A program made the position numbers and the translations under genes. A stretch of 60,561 nt of DNA, the filler included, from Globobulimina sp. (Eukaryota), in assembly GCA_003354225.1 (NCBI GenBank). It is 9 parts of 9 records of this genome, joined end to end, with 100 filler letters (N's around TTAATTAATTAA, not from the genome) between each part and the next. Parts side by side here need not be neighbours in the genome. Positions count along the whole stretch, not along the records: positions 6,757 to 13,405 come from PIVH01000257.1; positions 13,506 to 20,152 come from PIVH01000258.1; positions 20,253 to 26,897 come from PIVH01000259.1; 6 more parts are not named here. One strand, 5' to 3'. The notes under the pieces are model-generated. The model saw only the letters and a program-made list of their open reading frames with translations, searched no databases and had not been told where the DNA came from. Positions 9,701 through 20,472 of the stretch are shown here, piece by piece. Position 1 is the first letter of the stretch. Each line of letters starts with the position of its first letter.

Positions 9701-12677
9701 GTCTGCGCAATTCGAGTTCAAAGGCGTCCTCTGTGTCAAGCATGACTGCCTCGGGGGACTGTTCAATGCGGCTCAACGCCAATTCCATATCCATTTGTTT
9801 CAGCTCTTCTTCGCTGTCTTTTAAGCTCCGAGCTATCTCCAACTGCAACTTTTCCATTCCAGAAGCTTGACTGATATCTGCTTTCCGCATCTCAGACTCC
9901 TGAATCCGCTGCAATTCCAATTCAAACACGGAATCTGTTATTTGTAAATGTGGCGGTTGGGTCTTTTCCGAGTCTGCTTGGATTATATGCAATATTTCCG
10001 CTTCAAACTCTGGTTCGTGTATCTTCTGATTGCGGTAATTATTGCTCCCTTTCAATTCAAATCGTAACTGCGGTTTCTCTTCTTGCAGCTGCTCAATATC
10101 CATTTGTTGCTGTTCATAGACCTCACTTGGCTCACTATGCAATTCTTCCACAGTGGAGTCAATATCGTGCTGTACACTCATATACTCACTTTGCAACTCG
10201 TCCAATTCTTCCAATGCCTGCGCTAACTCACCATCTGCTTCCTGCGCCACATCCAATTCATCTGTTTTGTACATCAGTAATATTATATTATATTATGCGA
10301 CCTATATAACACAAACCTGTCTCTTTATCGATGACGGTCTCATCATCACTGGAATCACTCGAACCAGAACCACTGGAGTTCACATTGGCCCTTTCATAGT
10401 CAACCTCGCCTAATTTCGATTTCCTTTTGGTCCGATCCTGTTCATTTTTATTCTTATTCTTCTGCTTACGTCCTTTGTTATGTTTCTTTTTTTTGCTATC
10501 ATCCTTCTTCTGTCGTTTGTAATAATTCTTTTTATCAATCTTCTCCTCCAATGTCACAATACGTCGTTTAATGTGATTCAATTCTTTTCCTTTCGAGTTC
10601 AAATATCTTATCCGGGTGTCCCAATCATGTGTGCGTAGCACCACTTTCTTGCGCAAATCCCGATACACAATGCGAGTTTGCTTCGGTTTGTAATGAATAA
10701 CATCGCCCTTCCTCTCAAACGCTGGCCGTCTGTGCCTGGGATCGATATAGATTTTCTTCACCGTCTTATCCACGTACACTTTTGGATGATTCTCTCGTTT
10801 TTTCGGCGTCCATCTACTGCCACTATTTCGTTGCACCGCTTGTCGTTTTTTCAATCGATCGTGATCCACTCGCAACTGTCTGGTCAATATGGCCAATTTC
10901 CTCTTTTCCATATCAATATCTTTCATAGCTTTGAGCTTCTCAATGCGTATAAACCTTTGCAACTCTTTTTGCTGCCGACTATAATCCTGTTTCTGTACGG
11001 GACCAAGACGTTGATTGGCACTGCTCGGGTCTAACAAGCCTGGCTTATCGCCGCGTAGTCCACTTAAGATGTCCCGTTTGAACGAACTCATTCGTTTTTC
11101 GCCACTATGCTTCGCCCCAACTACCTCGCCTTGCAATCGCATGATTTCTGAGCGTAAATTCTTTCGTTCTTCACCCCATTGTTTCCTTTCTGCATAGAGC
11201 ATTTTGCGCAATTTATCCTCTTCTAATTGGCTGTATTTGCCCTTCTTTCCACTGCCGACATTATCTCGTTTGAGATTAAATGTTCTGCTGTCAATCTCAA
11301 ACTGCTCTCTGTCGCGGGATAACTTCTGCTGATCTTTCTTCGTTCGCCTTTTCTCAATTTCTAACGCTTTGCTGTCTGCTTTGAGTTTCTTTAAATCTTT
11401 CTTCAACGTTCTATATAGTTTCTGCATTTTTAAATACTCCAAATGTTGCTGGGCCTCATCCTGTTTGGTTTGGGTCAAACTCAAATCACTGGGTTTCCTG
11501 CTCGATCGTTTATTGCTTTTTTTAGCGGAACTCCAGCGAGCACTGGTTTTTATTGGTGTTTTTGGAGTGGATATACCACCATATTTGCGTTCAATTTCGT
11601 GCCTTTTGAAATCGACGGGTGTCTCTGGCCGATTACTGGTGTTATTTTTTCGTTTGGTGGCAGCCGCAGCGGCTTTTCTAGTGCTACTTTTACTGCGTAC
11701 TTCGGCTTTTTTGAACTTGTCATGATTTCGCTTGCTTTTTTTTAACGATTTGCTCTGTTTGGTTTGCTTCTTATTACTAGTTTGCTGCACAATTTTGACG
11801 GGTGTATCCTCAGGTTTTGGCGTTTCTGGATCCTCCAAATTGTCTAAGGACGGCGGTGAAAACAGTGGTGGCTTTGGTTGCTTTATAGGTTTTACTGGAG
11901 CTTTGGGCCATGATTTGTCGCCTTCCATCTGTGTGTACAAAATATTAATATGTGACTTTGTACAGTATACGTACAAGTATACAAAACTGTTTTTTCTTCC
12001 TCCTCCATACTGGTTGTTTCCACACTAATTGGTGTTGGTTGCAATGTCTTTGGCTTTGCTGTTTTTGCTGGTTTTGCGGTGGATGATGATCGCAGTGTTT
12101 TAGAGGGTGTTTTAGCGGTTGATTTAGACCGTGATCTTGATGGTTTATCAGAGTGCTTTGATTGTTTAGAGCGAGTACGCGGAGTAGGGGTCATTGTCTT
12201 TGATATTTTATGTTTTTTTTGTTTTTTCTTTTTTTTTGGATTTGATAAATGGATATCGTCTTTGGTGATTTTTTGTTTTTTTGCTTTGGATTTGGATTTC
12301 AAACTTTTTTGTCTCATTTTAATAGCAGCAACGCCAAGATCAGAGAATGATCGCTCTCGGCCATGCTTCTTAGATTTAGTTTTTTTAGTACTAAATTTGA
12401 TGTTTTTCTCATGATTCTTTTTGATAGTATGGAGTTGATTGGATGTGCCCCTTTTTTTCTTTTTTTTATGTGATTTTGCTGTTGATGCTGGATTTGGAGT
12501 GCTTGGTTTGTTTTTTTTCTTTGTCTTTTTCTTTCGGGTATTTGATGTATTCAAATTTATAGAAATATCATCCATCGATATTTGTCGTCTTACTTTTTTT
12601 TTTGTTTTAGGTTTAGATGTTCCATTTATATTGCTTTGTGTAGTTGGATTTGCATTGGTTTCTCCATCTTGTGACAT
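6757..12677 (-). CDS. Very large (>1900 aa) protein: Lys-rich N-terminus, coiled coils, ARM/HEAT-like helical region, C-terminal discoidin (F5/8 type C)-like domain; 3'-truncated
   Basis: Three long ORFs joined in frame by introns 11929-11987 and 10262-10316. The C-terminal WLLYDM...VTIQSS...W...RYWRILFLGNHG...FYEVQFWG matches the galactose-binding-like/discoidin fold. Confidence 0.65.
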
Positions 12678-13056
12678 GTTATCACAGTCCACTGTCTTAC
12701 TAAAAAGATTTTCCAAATTAATTTGTTCTCAAACCTGTTGGATTTGACTCAAAAATGCAAAATATTTATTTAGATTAAAAATAGCGGAAATAAAATCAAG
12801 GATTCAGCGGAAGAAAATTTTTTTTCACCCCTGTGTATGAGAAATTGACCGAATAATCAGAATTTCCGATCATGACATAATGATGAAGTGTAAAATCATG
12901 TGCACATCTGGTTGAAATATGGCGGTTGAATAATGAAATGAAAAAGGAAAGAAGTACCAAGACAGCAAACAGCTGAAAAAAAACTTGTCTTAGCTCCAAA
13001 ATTGAATAATTATATTTTCCAATATGGTTGAAAATGAGTTTTCCCCTTGTGATAAA

Positions 13057-13405
13057 TTCATATCTGAGAACATCAGGTCTCTTTGCCATATGAGGCAATG
13101 GCTTTATTGTTTTAAATACAGGCCAGTTACCTGTCTCACTGGCTTTCGAGATTCTGACCCTGAGATCAAACCACGCTGCCTGACCACTGATAGGATCACT
13201 ATTTGATATCCTTGTGCCGTCAACATGGTCCAGTTCTTCAGAGATCAGATGATTAAGAAGGAAACTCTTCCTCGCTTCATCGGCCTTTTCATCAAGGTTC
13301 CATGCACCAGGTATTTTACCCATACCATTCCAGGTCCATACTGTGTCAGCCTCAACTGCGTTTGAAAGCTTTATCTGAACCCTTATCTTACTTGTAGGTG
13401 ATTCG
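13057..13405 (-). CDS. soeA: C-terminal fragment of a bacterial molybdopterin oxidoreductase, SoeA (sulfite dehydrogenase)-like
   Basis: Frame is open from the contig end: ESPTSKIRVQIKLSNAVEADTVWTWNGMGKIPGAWNLDEKADEARKSFLLNHLISEEL...SNSDPISGQAAWFDLRVRISKA. This is the SoeA-type molybdopterin dinucleotide-binding C-terminus. The track ORF runs on to 12796 into non-homologous sequence. Confidence 0.85.
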
Positions 13406-13505
13406 NNNNNNNNNNNNNNNNNNNNNNNNNNNNNNNNNNNNNNNNNNNNTTAATTAATTAANNNNNNNNNNNNNNNNNNNNNNNNNNNNNNNNNNNNNNN
13501 NNNNN
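13406..13505. other. Artificial contig linker
   Basis: 44N-TTAATTAATTAA-44N. Confidence 0.99.
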
Positions 13506-13506
13506 A

Positions 13507-14112
13507 ACATATACCATATGGACATGGACCATAATTTGTGCTGTTATACATTTATTGACTGCAGATTATGAATTCGATAAATATAAAAATGGGAATACAA
13601 ATTTGTATGATTCTCATATAACAGCAACGGTATCATTGAATGCGTCTGTTTTTATGTCTGTTTTATTGGCATCGAGACTGAAATCAAATGATTTGGCATT
13701 GAGCTTCTTATTGTTTTCGTTTATTCTGTTTGGTGGAGCAACATATATTATACGTGATATTAAACTGATAAATACTTTTTTTAATGTTATTGTTTCTGTT
13801 GGTCTTTGTCTGTGCAATTATGGATTGATATGTGATCAGCAAGAAATAATCAACAATTTATCATTATTTTTCATGAATTTTATGAATGATCCGATTGTTG
13901 ATTTTGTGACCTCTGACTATAGGAAGGATATGCGGTTAATCAGTTTGTTATATGTTTATCAATATTCTATTTTTGTGATAGTTATTTTGGGACCGATTGG
14001 ATTTTATAGAATACAACAATACAAAGTTACAATTGGAGGACCATGGACATATGACACAGAAGGTGAAGCATCTCAATATATGGTCGATTCATCCAATATC
14101 AAGAAACAATAA
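13507..14112 (+). CDS. PIGC: GPI-GlcNAc transferase subunit PIG-C/GPI2, 5'-truncated
   Basis: VSLNASVFMSVLLASRL and C-terminal IQQYKVTIGGPW match the GPI2/PIG-C signatures. Frame is open from the contig start. Confidence 0.85.
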   Translation, partial: TYTIWTWTIICAVIHLLTADYEFDKYKNGNTNLYDSHITATVSLNASVFMSVLLASRLKSNDLALSFLLFSFILFGGATYIIRDIKLINTFFNVIVSVGLCLCNYGLICDQQEIINNLSLFFMNFMNDPIVDFVTSDYRKDMRLISLLYVYQYSIFVIVILGPIGFYRIQQYKVTIGGPWTYDTEGEASQYMVDSSNIKKQ

Positions 14113-14295
14113 ATGCACTTATTGTTTCTGGATATTGCAAGTTGGGACAGTTTCTGACAAAAAAAATATTTAATCTGTTTTTATAAATGCTGAGGCAGTT
14201 TTTTTGTACTATATACTACATAGCAGTAAGACTAATACACCAATAAATACAACAATGCAGTATTGGTCGATGCAGCGATTGCACCAATTATCAAT

Positions 14296-14847
14296 TTAAA
14301 CAACAGTTATATAAAAAAATAATTTTTCCTCGGAATGTCGCACTTCGAATTCTCTGCCATTTTCACGGAAAAACGTTTCCCACAGTTTTGATTGGTTAAG
14401 ATTCATTACAACAGTTTGTAATCCAATGCCATTCTCAAATTCTAATTGACCTGGCGATGTAATCCCTGAATCAAAAATGTTAATCCATCGTAATGTTTTG
14501 GGTATGTTTGCAAGTCTTGTTACATATTTACATCCTTTCATAATAAAGGACTCTGCCGTTGTAAGATTAGAATTGCATGCCTTGAAATCAATAACTCCTT
14601 GAATTGGATTATGAGAAATATCAACAGAGTGCACAGCGAATGGCATTCCAAATGTTTCATCATCTAAACGGGTAAACTTATTATTAGCAATGTTAATGGA
14701 AAAATAAGTAATACCATCGATATCAAATAAAAACGTTTGTAATGAATCTAAATTATTAAATTTTAATTGAACCTCAGTGGATGCTGGAATTTTAAATGTA
14801 TGGTCAGCAATTTCCAAATATTGTAACACCTCGTTTGAGTTAGTCAA
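14296..14847 (-). CDS. Leucine-rich-repeat-like protein, possibly the 3' part of the 14840-15307 gene
   Basis: SINIANNKFTRL, SVDISHNPIQGVIDF, IPKTLRWINIFDSGIT. No ATG start, and I could not resolve a splice junction. Confidence 0.5.
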   Translation of the reverse strand: MTNSNEVLQYLEIADHTFKIPASTEVQLKFNNLDSLQTFLFDIDGITYFSINIANNKFTRLDDETFGMPFAVHSVDISHNPIQGVIDFKACNSNLTTAESFIMKGCKYVTRLANIPKTLRWINIFDSGITSPGQLEFENGIGLQTVVMNLNQSKLWETFFRENGREFEVRHSEEKLFFYITVV

Positions 14848-15307
14848 ATTTCCAAATATTTTGTTTAATTTTAAATATATAGTTTGTTTTCAAATACCAA
14901 TCATGACAAGCACATTCTATTATTTTTCTATTAATCATTGAACCGATCATGTTTGAATATGTTGTTTTGATTTTTTGTTTGAAATTCTGATCAAAGTTTA
15001 ATCTTTCTGCGGACCGTGCAATTGTCCCATTTTGTTTTTCTTCGCTCATAAATGCATTTATTAATCTTGCGTAATCGTCTGAGCCTATTGTATTATTCAC
15101 AGTTCCTGAATCTCTTTGTTTCAGAACAGACTCTGCCACTTTCCTAAAACGAATGTTTTCAGGATTTAAATATTTGTCTACTAATTCAGTGGGTGCTAAC
15201 CATTGATAGATGTGACTTAATAAATCCTCTGAACCTAATTTAATGTGTGACAGCTGCACTGCACATTGACCAAGATAACTGAAGTACGTTAACAGTTTTT
15301 GACGCAA
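14840..15307 (-). CDS. Hypothetical protein with an F-box-like motif
   Basis: EDLLSHIYQWLAPTELVDKYLNPENIRFRKVA. True start unclear. Confidence 0.35.
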   Translation of the reverse strand: MRQKLLTYFSYLGQCAVQLSHIKLGSEDLLSHIYQWLAPTELVDKYLNPENIRFRKVAESVLKQRDSGTVNNTIGSDDYARLINAFMSEEKQNGTIARSAERLNFDQNFKQKIKTTYSNMIGSMINRKIIECACHDWYLKTNYIFKIKQNIWKFD

Positions 15308-15394
15308 AAAACAAGTGGAAAAAGGAATGCATTTTCGGATCGTGCATTAAATTAATCGTCTCCGACATTGCGGATGACGTTTATGTCTGATATG

Positions 15395-16159
15395 TTATGT
15401 TTTTAATTGTAATAAAATGTCGCATATTTTTGGAATCGTTTCCTCCTCCATCAGCCTTTCAAAATTCCCATCAACCAGATAGCCAACGTACTGATGAATG
15501 ATTCCATATTTCCTTATTTCGTCTGAATCCATACTAGCACTACGTTTTATAATTTGTGGTCTTGGCAACATTGCTGTATCATATTGCGAGGATTCTGATA
15601 CACCAACAACACATTGATGAGTCTTTACATACTGTGTTGGAACGCGCTCGTTCTTTGGGTCAAACTCAACACCAAATAGCGAAAAGGAAAGAAAATAATT
15701 CAAATCAGTCGATTGTTGGATGAGCAGATCATATTTATAAGCACTGTGAGGAAGGAATTCTGTTTCCGTTGGTTTGCATTGATATTTCTCTAAATCTGAC
15801 GGTATGCTATCCAATATTTTCTCAATTACATACATTGGTGATCCAAACGAAATGCTCGATAAACGGATAACTTCTTTGGCCCGCTTTATGGTGGAAACAG
15901 TTTCGACCACAGTGACCTTAAAAAATGCGATTGATAAATCAACGTTTGGTGTCAATACTACTTCCGTTGCATCATAAAAATCAGATTCTTCCAATAGCTC
16001 CTCTTGGTATACAGTTATTATATCCTTCATGTTATTGCTGCGAAGCGGTCTGGAACAACAAATGATTTCTGAAAGCTCGTCCAAATTAAAGAAATGAAAA
16101 AACCCAAATCCTGCCAATGGCATTGATGAAATTAATACGAAATAGATGAAAGTCAGCAT
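15395..16159 (-). CDS. Hypothetical protein with a hydrophobic N-terminus (possible signal peptide)
   Basis: 254-aa ATG ORF in AT-rich DNA; no family recognised. Confidence 0.55.
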   Translation of the reverse strand: MLTFIYFVLISSMPLAGFGFFHFFNLDELSEIICCSRPLRSNNMKDIITVYQEELLEESDFYDATEVVLTPNVDLSIAFFKVTVVETVSTIKRAKEVIRLSSISFGSPMYVIEKILDSIPSDLEKYQCKPTETEFLPHSAYKYDLLIQQSTDLNYFLSFSLFGVEFDPKNERVPTQYVKTHQCVVGVSESSQYDTAMLPRPQIIKRSASMDSDEIRKYGIIHQYVGYLVDGNFERLMEEETIPKICDILLQLKT

Positions 16160-16223
16160 AATATGTATTAAAAGCAGTACTTAAACAGTTTTCGAAACAC
16201 AAAACCTAATTCCAAGCGTAACA

Positions 16224-17599
16224 ATGGGCTGCATTTCGAGTTGCTACAGAGAATGTCCTAACGACGGATTAGATTTGAACAATTATTATGATATCATAAA
16301 ACTTCAAGAAAGAGAAAAAATCGACCCAGGCTCAGAAACCTGGGAAGTAGTCATTTCCGATCAAGAACAACGTTTCAATGACAAGCAGTTAGATTACGCC
16401 CATCATTGGCCAAAAGACCAAGAGTTTGACAATGCGACAATGTCATTTCGCAGAGATCTCATGAATCATAAAGCAGTTTGGGTTAATAACTGGAATAAAG
16501 ACTGGTGGAATTTCAGTTAAAAATTTTGTTTAATTTTTAACATATTAATAATGTATATAAGTATAACCACATCAAAACTAAACCGTACAGTGAAAACAAA
16601 CCATGCTTTAATCTCTATTTTCAGTGCACCCAAAGAAGATGAATACAGTCGCAGAGAACGAGCAGTGGTGTTATTGTGTTGCAGTTCATTATTCAGCATC
16701 GTCGCGTTGATTGCAGTAACAATCGAAGCCAAACAGATCGCATTAGGCCATCAATCATTGGGCATACTCGCATGGAACAATTTAATCACAGTCACCGGCG
16801 CTATCTCAGTCAGTGTCATTATGCTATATTTACAATGCATGGCAACCTGTTCCTGTTACCAGAATGATGAGGAAGTGAGGTACTGTACGATTCAAATAAA
16901 AATGTCCATCGTATGCACTGCACTCAACGTACATTTGTATTAATGGTCAGCAGAGTGCTTCGTTTTGATTGTGCACTGAGTGCAGTATACAATCTATGCT
17001 TAATTATAACTGCGACATTTTCATTTGAGTTTGTTGAAAGGGAACGAATGGAACTTTGGGGCCATGTTACTATGACAGTGTGGTTGTTGGCTGGTGCTTT
17101 TTTTTTCGTGTATGGCATAATTGAGAGCGAATCGGTTGGTTTATTGGATAAATTTTTTATTTCATTCTTCATTCAGGCCATTATGAATATTATTGTACCC
17201 ACTTTGTTGATGACCGGACAGTTCCATTTGATGTGGAAAGCAGAGCATAAAAACAGTGACGAATGTGAATGCGGAGAGAAATGGGAGGTTTGCTACCATG
17301 ATTACTTGGATTATAAAGCCGGAGAGCCATTGCGTAGAGAATGGAAACCGAGAGAAAGCAAAAAGAATTTAGTGAATAAAGTGGGTAATATCGGTAAACA
17401 ATTCGCTAAGAAGGTCGTTGTGGTTGAAAAAAAGACAGCAAATAAAGTTATTGATATAACAAAGAAATCAGCAGCAAAGGTTAAGGTGGCAGCGGTTGGC
17501 AGTAAACAAAAACAAACGCAAAATACAACGGATCCGGAGATAGTATATGACGGCAACGGGGATAATGTGCAACTTGAGCAACATGTAAAATTAGCATAG
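16224..17599 (+). CDS. Multi-pass membrane protein with N-terminal MGC acylation motif and a polycystin-1-like pre-TM motif, 3 exons
   Basis: In-frame introns 16516-16590 and 16880-16953. Spliced sequence reads WWNFMKTNHALISIFSAPKEDEYSRRERAVVLLCC, followed by about five TM helices. Confidence 0.6.
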
Positions 17600-18685
17600 A
17601 TTGAATGAGTATTTTGAAAACAAAGGGTTAGCTTAAAATTGTTTAAATTCTGCAAAGTAAATATTTTGGTTCGAGTCGAGAACACTATTTTTATTGAAAC
17701 TAAAGAGAAAGTGAGCACAATCTTCCGTGTGTGCGAGGATAAATCCTGAAGTAGCTAGAGTGTTTTTCAACATCAACCACAAATATTAATGCCTTCGTCA
17801 CCAACCATGTTTAAGTCGAAGTTCAAAGGATAAATGAATATCGTTCAGTCATCATAGTCCCGTCCCGTCACCAACTATGTCCGTCAATGAAAAGATAGGA
17901 CATCGACAAAGAAAGAGCCTTTAATTCATTGCTTTAAACAATTAAAAGTTAGTGCTATATAATATGTGCGATTTTGCGTAAATTAGCATCCAAATATTTT
18001 GCGTAAATGTGATGTGTGAGATTGTTTGCTGTCTATCGTTTCAATCAGCCTCTGTTGATGAGTTCTAGACACTTTCGTGCTGTACTAATTTGAAATTATA
18101 GTTAAAACAGTGCGGAGGTGAAAAATTCATCCGTACCGTCGCCTTCCTAAGTTGCGATCACTGTGCTCGAGCTGCTGAGCCATAGAATCTGCGACGGCAT
18201 AATCTCTACATGCCCCATTTATTTACATTTTGTGTGCCTCATATTAACCGCTAATATCATATACAGGAAATTAAAAATAAATATTGAGTTTATTCAAGCG
18301 AGAGACGGCATGAGGAACAGAACAGAAAGTCGATAGCGACAAAATGTGGCGTTTTGCACTGAAAATGCCGAGAGATTGGAATAACGAATTAAGATATAAT
18401 TAGTCTGGCGATAGTAAATGGATTGGAGAATGAACAAATATCTCTAATGCACGATTTGGACATAGCACAACTACTGATTGTAGTCACGTTCCTCATGCCA
18501 TATAATTCAAAGCAATAACAGTGTACAATTTATTACAGTCCACACCACTCCTTTTATTACAGAATTTTAGCGATTGCAAATTGACTCCGACTTGACATGT
18601 ATTACATTCTGCACAATGCCTTCTATCCTTCCATGGTGCAATAACAATGTGGTTTATTTAAAAATTTGTAAACAATCTTGTCATT

Positions 18686-18775
18686 ATAAAACTATAAAAC
18701 TATAAAACTATGAAACTGTAAAAAAATCTTGTCATTTAAAAATATGATACAACATTATAAAACTATAAAACTATA
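18686..18775. repeat. Short tandem repeat of the unit ATAAAACT in intergenic DNA
   Basis: ataaaact ataaaact ataaaact atgaaact, then two more copies near 18757-18772. Confidence 0.6.
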
Positions 18776-18911
18776 TATAAGCAATTAATATGTATAAAGA
18801 CATAAATATATTAACCAAAAAACGACAAATTAGGAAACTTACTTAATTATATCACACCACTATATAACAGAAACAATATAAATATAACAAAATGTCTCGT
18901 TTGGGAATTGA

Positions 18912-19907
18912 TTATTCCATTCTAATAATACGCAATTCATCTTGATCGATCGTATTGTCATTGGTCGTTGTTAATACTGTCTGTTCAGTCCTATCCATAG
19001 CCTTTGTAGTGACGGCCTTTTCCATTTCAACTTCAGTCCAATCAATTTTTTTGCCCAAAATCATTACTGAACAGCACCACTCACATCCAATATGACAACG
19101 TTTACATAAAATAAAATAATATCTCGCAAATGCATTATATGTGAGGATGAGACAGATGAAATTTGTGTAAACATCAAACCAAAACAGAAAAATAAAAACA
19201 TATATCGAAAATAAATCATTTGGATTTTGAATAATAATGACCATAGAAATGGCATATATAAAAGTACCAATGATGCAAATCGAGGCTAATAACGAGTTCT
19301 TAGTGATTGTAGGCAATAATGAGCGAGTATTTGATGTCGCGTTTATCGTTGATTTGTATACTTTGGTTAATTTATATATGAAATGTGCCGTTATCCAAAC
19401 TGAATAAATTATCGGAAGAGACAAAAAAAATGGAGTAAAAAATGATATATTCGATCCGTTGTTGACATATGCAATAAAGAAAAGGACTGCAACAAAGAAC
19501 CATAAAACAAAGAATGAGACAACGATACGTAGCGTGAGTAATGATACTCTAAATTCAGTGTCAATAAATACATAGTACACTCTACAAAATAATAATATGT
19601 TCAATGCAAATGTTTGCAATAGCCACAAAAATGCGTTAGCTAAATTGAGGATATAGAGTGTTAGAGCCACATTATTACAATTTACAATGAGAATAATGTG
19701 GAAAATTGTGTTTAGAATGGCTATTATACAAACTATACTGCTATTGAATATTTCGATCACAAATAATGGCATTGCTGGTTTGGTTTTTCTTCCTTTGTAA
19801 TCATTAATGAATTTGGGTAATGTAATAGGTGCTATAAATGAGAATATGAATGCTAGGATTAATACTATTATCCACAATGGCAATAATTCATTCACACATA
19901 CTGCCAT
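18912..19907 (-). CDS. Intronless 7TM GPCR-like membrane protein
   Basis: Seven hydrophobic segments, LFCRVYYVF at the end of TM3, DVYTNFICLIL in TM7, and a Cys-rich tail (LCKRCHIGCEWCC). Confidence 0.7.
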   Translation of the reverse strand: MAVCVNELLPLWIIVLILAFIFSFIAPITLPKFINDYKGRKTKPAMPLFVIEIFNSSIVCIIAILNTIFHIILIVNCNNVALTLYILNLANAFLWLLQTFALNILLFCRVYYVFIDTEFRVSLLTLRIVVSFFVLWFFVAVLFFIAYVNNGSNISFFTPFFLSLPIIYSVWITAHFIYKLTKVYKSTINATSNTRSLLPTITKNSLLASICIIGTFIYAISMVIIIQNPNDLFSIYVFIFLFWFDVYTNFICLILTYNAFARYYFILCKRCHIGCEWCCSVMILGKKIDWTEVEMEKAVTTKAMDRTEQTVLTTTNDNTIDQDELRIIRME

Positions 19908-20152
19908 TCTCAACAATAAAGTTTTGTAGCTTATTTATATTTGACTAGAGCTTTTAGTAACAAAGTTTTATCACTTTGAAATCAATGCTAACACTAAAAA
20001 TTAAACTAAAAATAAAAGAAAGACCACATCAATTATTGGACGACATCCAATGTTTATTATATGGCAAGGAAAGAGCATTTAATTCACAACACAACACATA
20101 CTTTTAAAGCACAAAAAGCAATTAAAAGCATTACCAGTGTATCAAAAAGGAG

Positions 20153-20252
20153 NNNNNNNNNNNNNNNNNNNNNNNNNNNNNNNNNNNNNNNNNNNNTTAA
20201 TTAATTAANNNNNNNNNNNNNNNNNNNNNNNNNNNNNNNNNNNNNNNNNNNN
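20153..20252. other. Artificial contig linker
   Basis: 44N-TTAATTAATTAA-44N. Confidence 0.99.
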
Positions 20253-20472
20253 GTGTGGTCAATATCGATGTGGCTTCCTTTCTGTTTTCGCCATGGATTG
20301 AGATTTTTGACAAATATACAAAATGGGCAAACATCCACATAATAACCAATAGGAAAGTGCCATGTCGGCAAAATTTCAATAGTTGTTTGTAACCGGAGGA
20401 TGACATGGTACTCTGAAGCAGATCAAATGTGAAATAAAACTTGCCATAAAAAAATAAAAAACACTTGTTTCA

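Noticed and set aside
12796-13056. Hydrophobic C-terminal extension of the SoeA-like ORF as a real membrane anchor
   Set aside because: Homology ends near RPDVLRY. The remainder looks like read-through into non-coding or chimeric sequence.
17600-18911. RNA gene or transposon in the long intergenic region
   Set aside because: No tRNA, rRNA or transposase features were recognisable by eye. A covariance-model search would be needed to exclude ncRNA.
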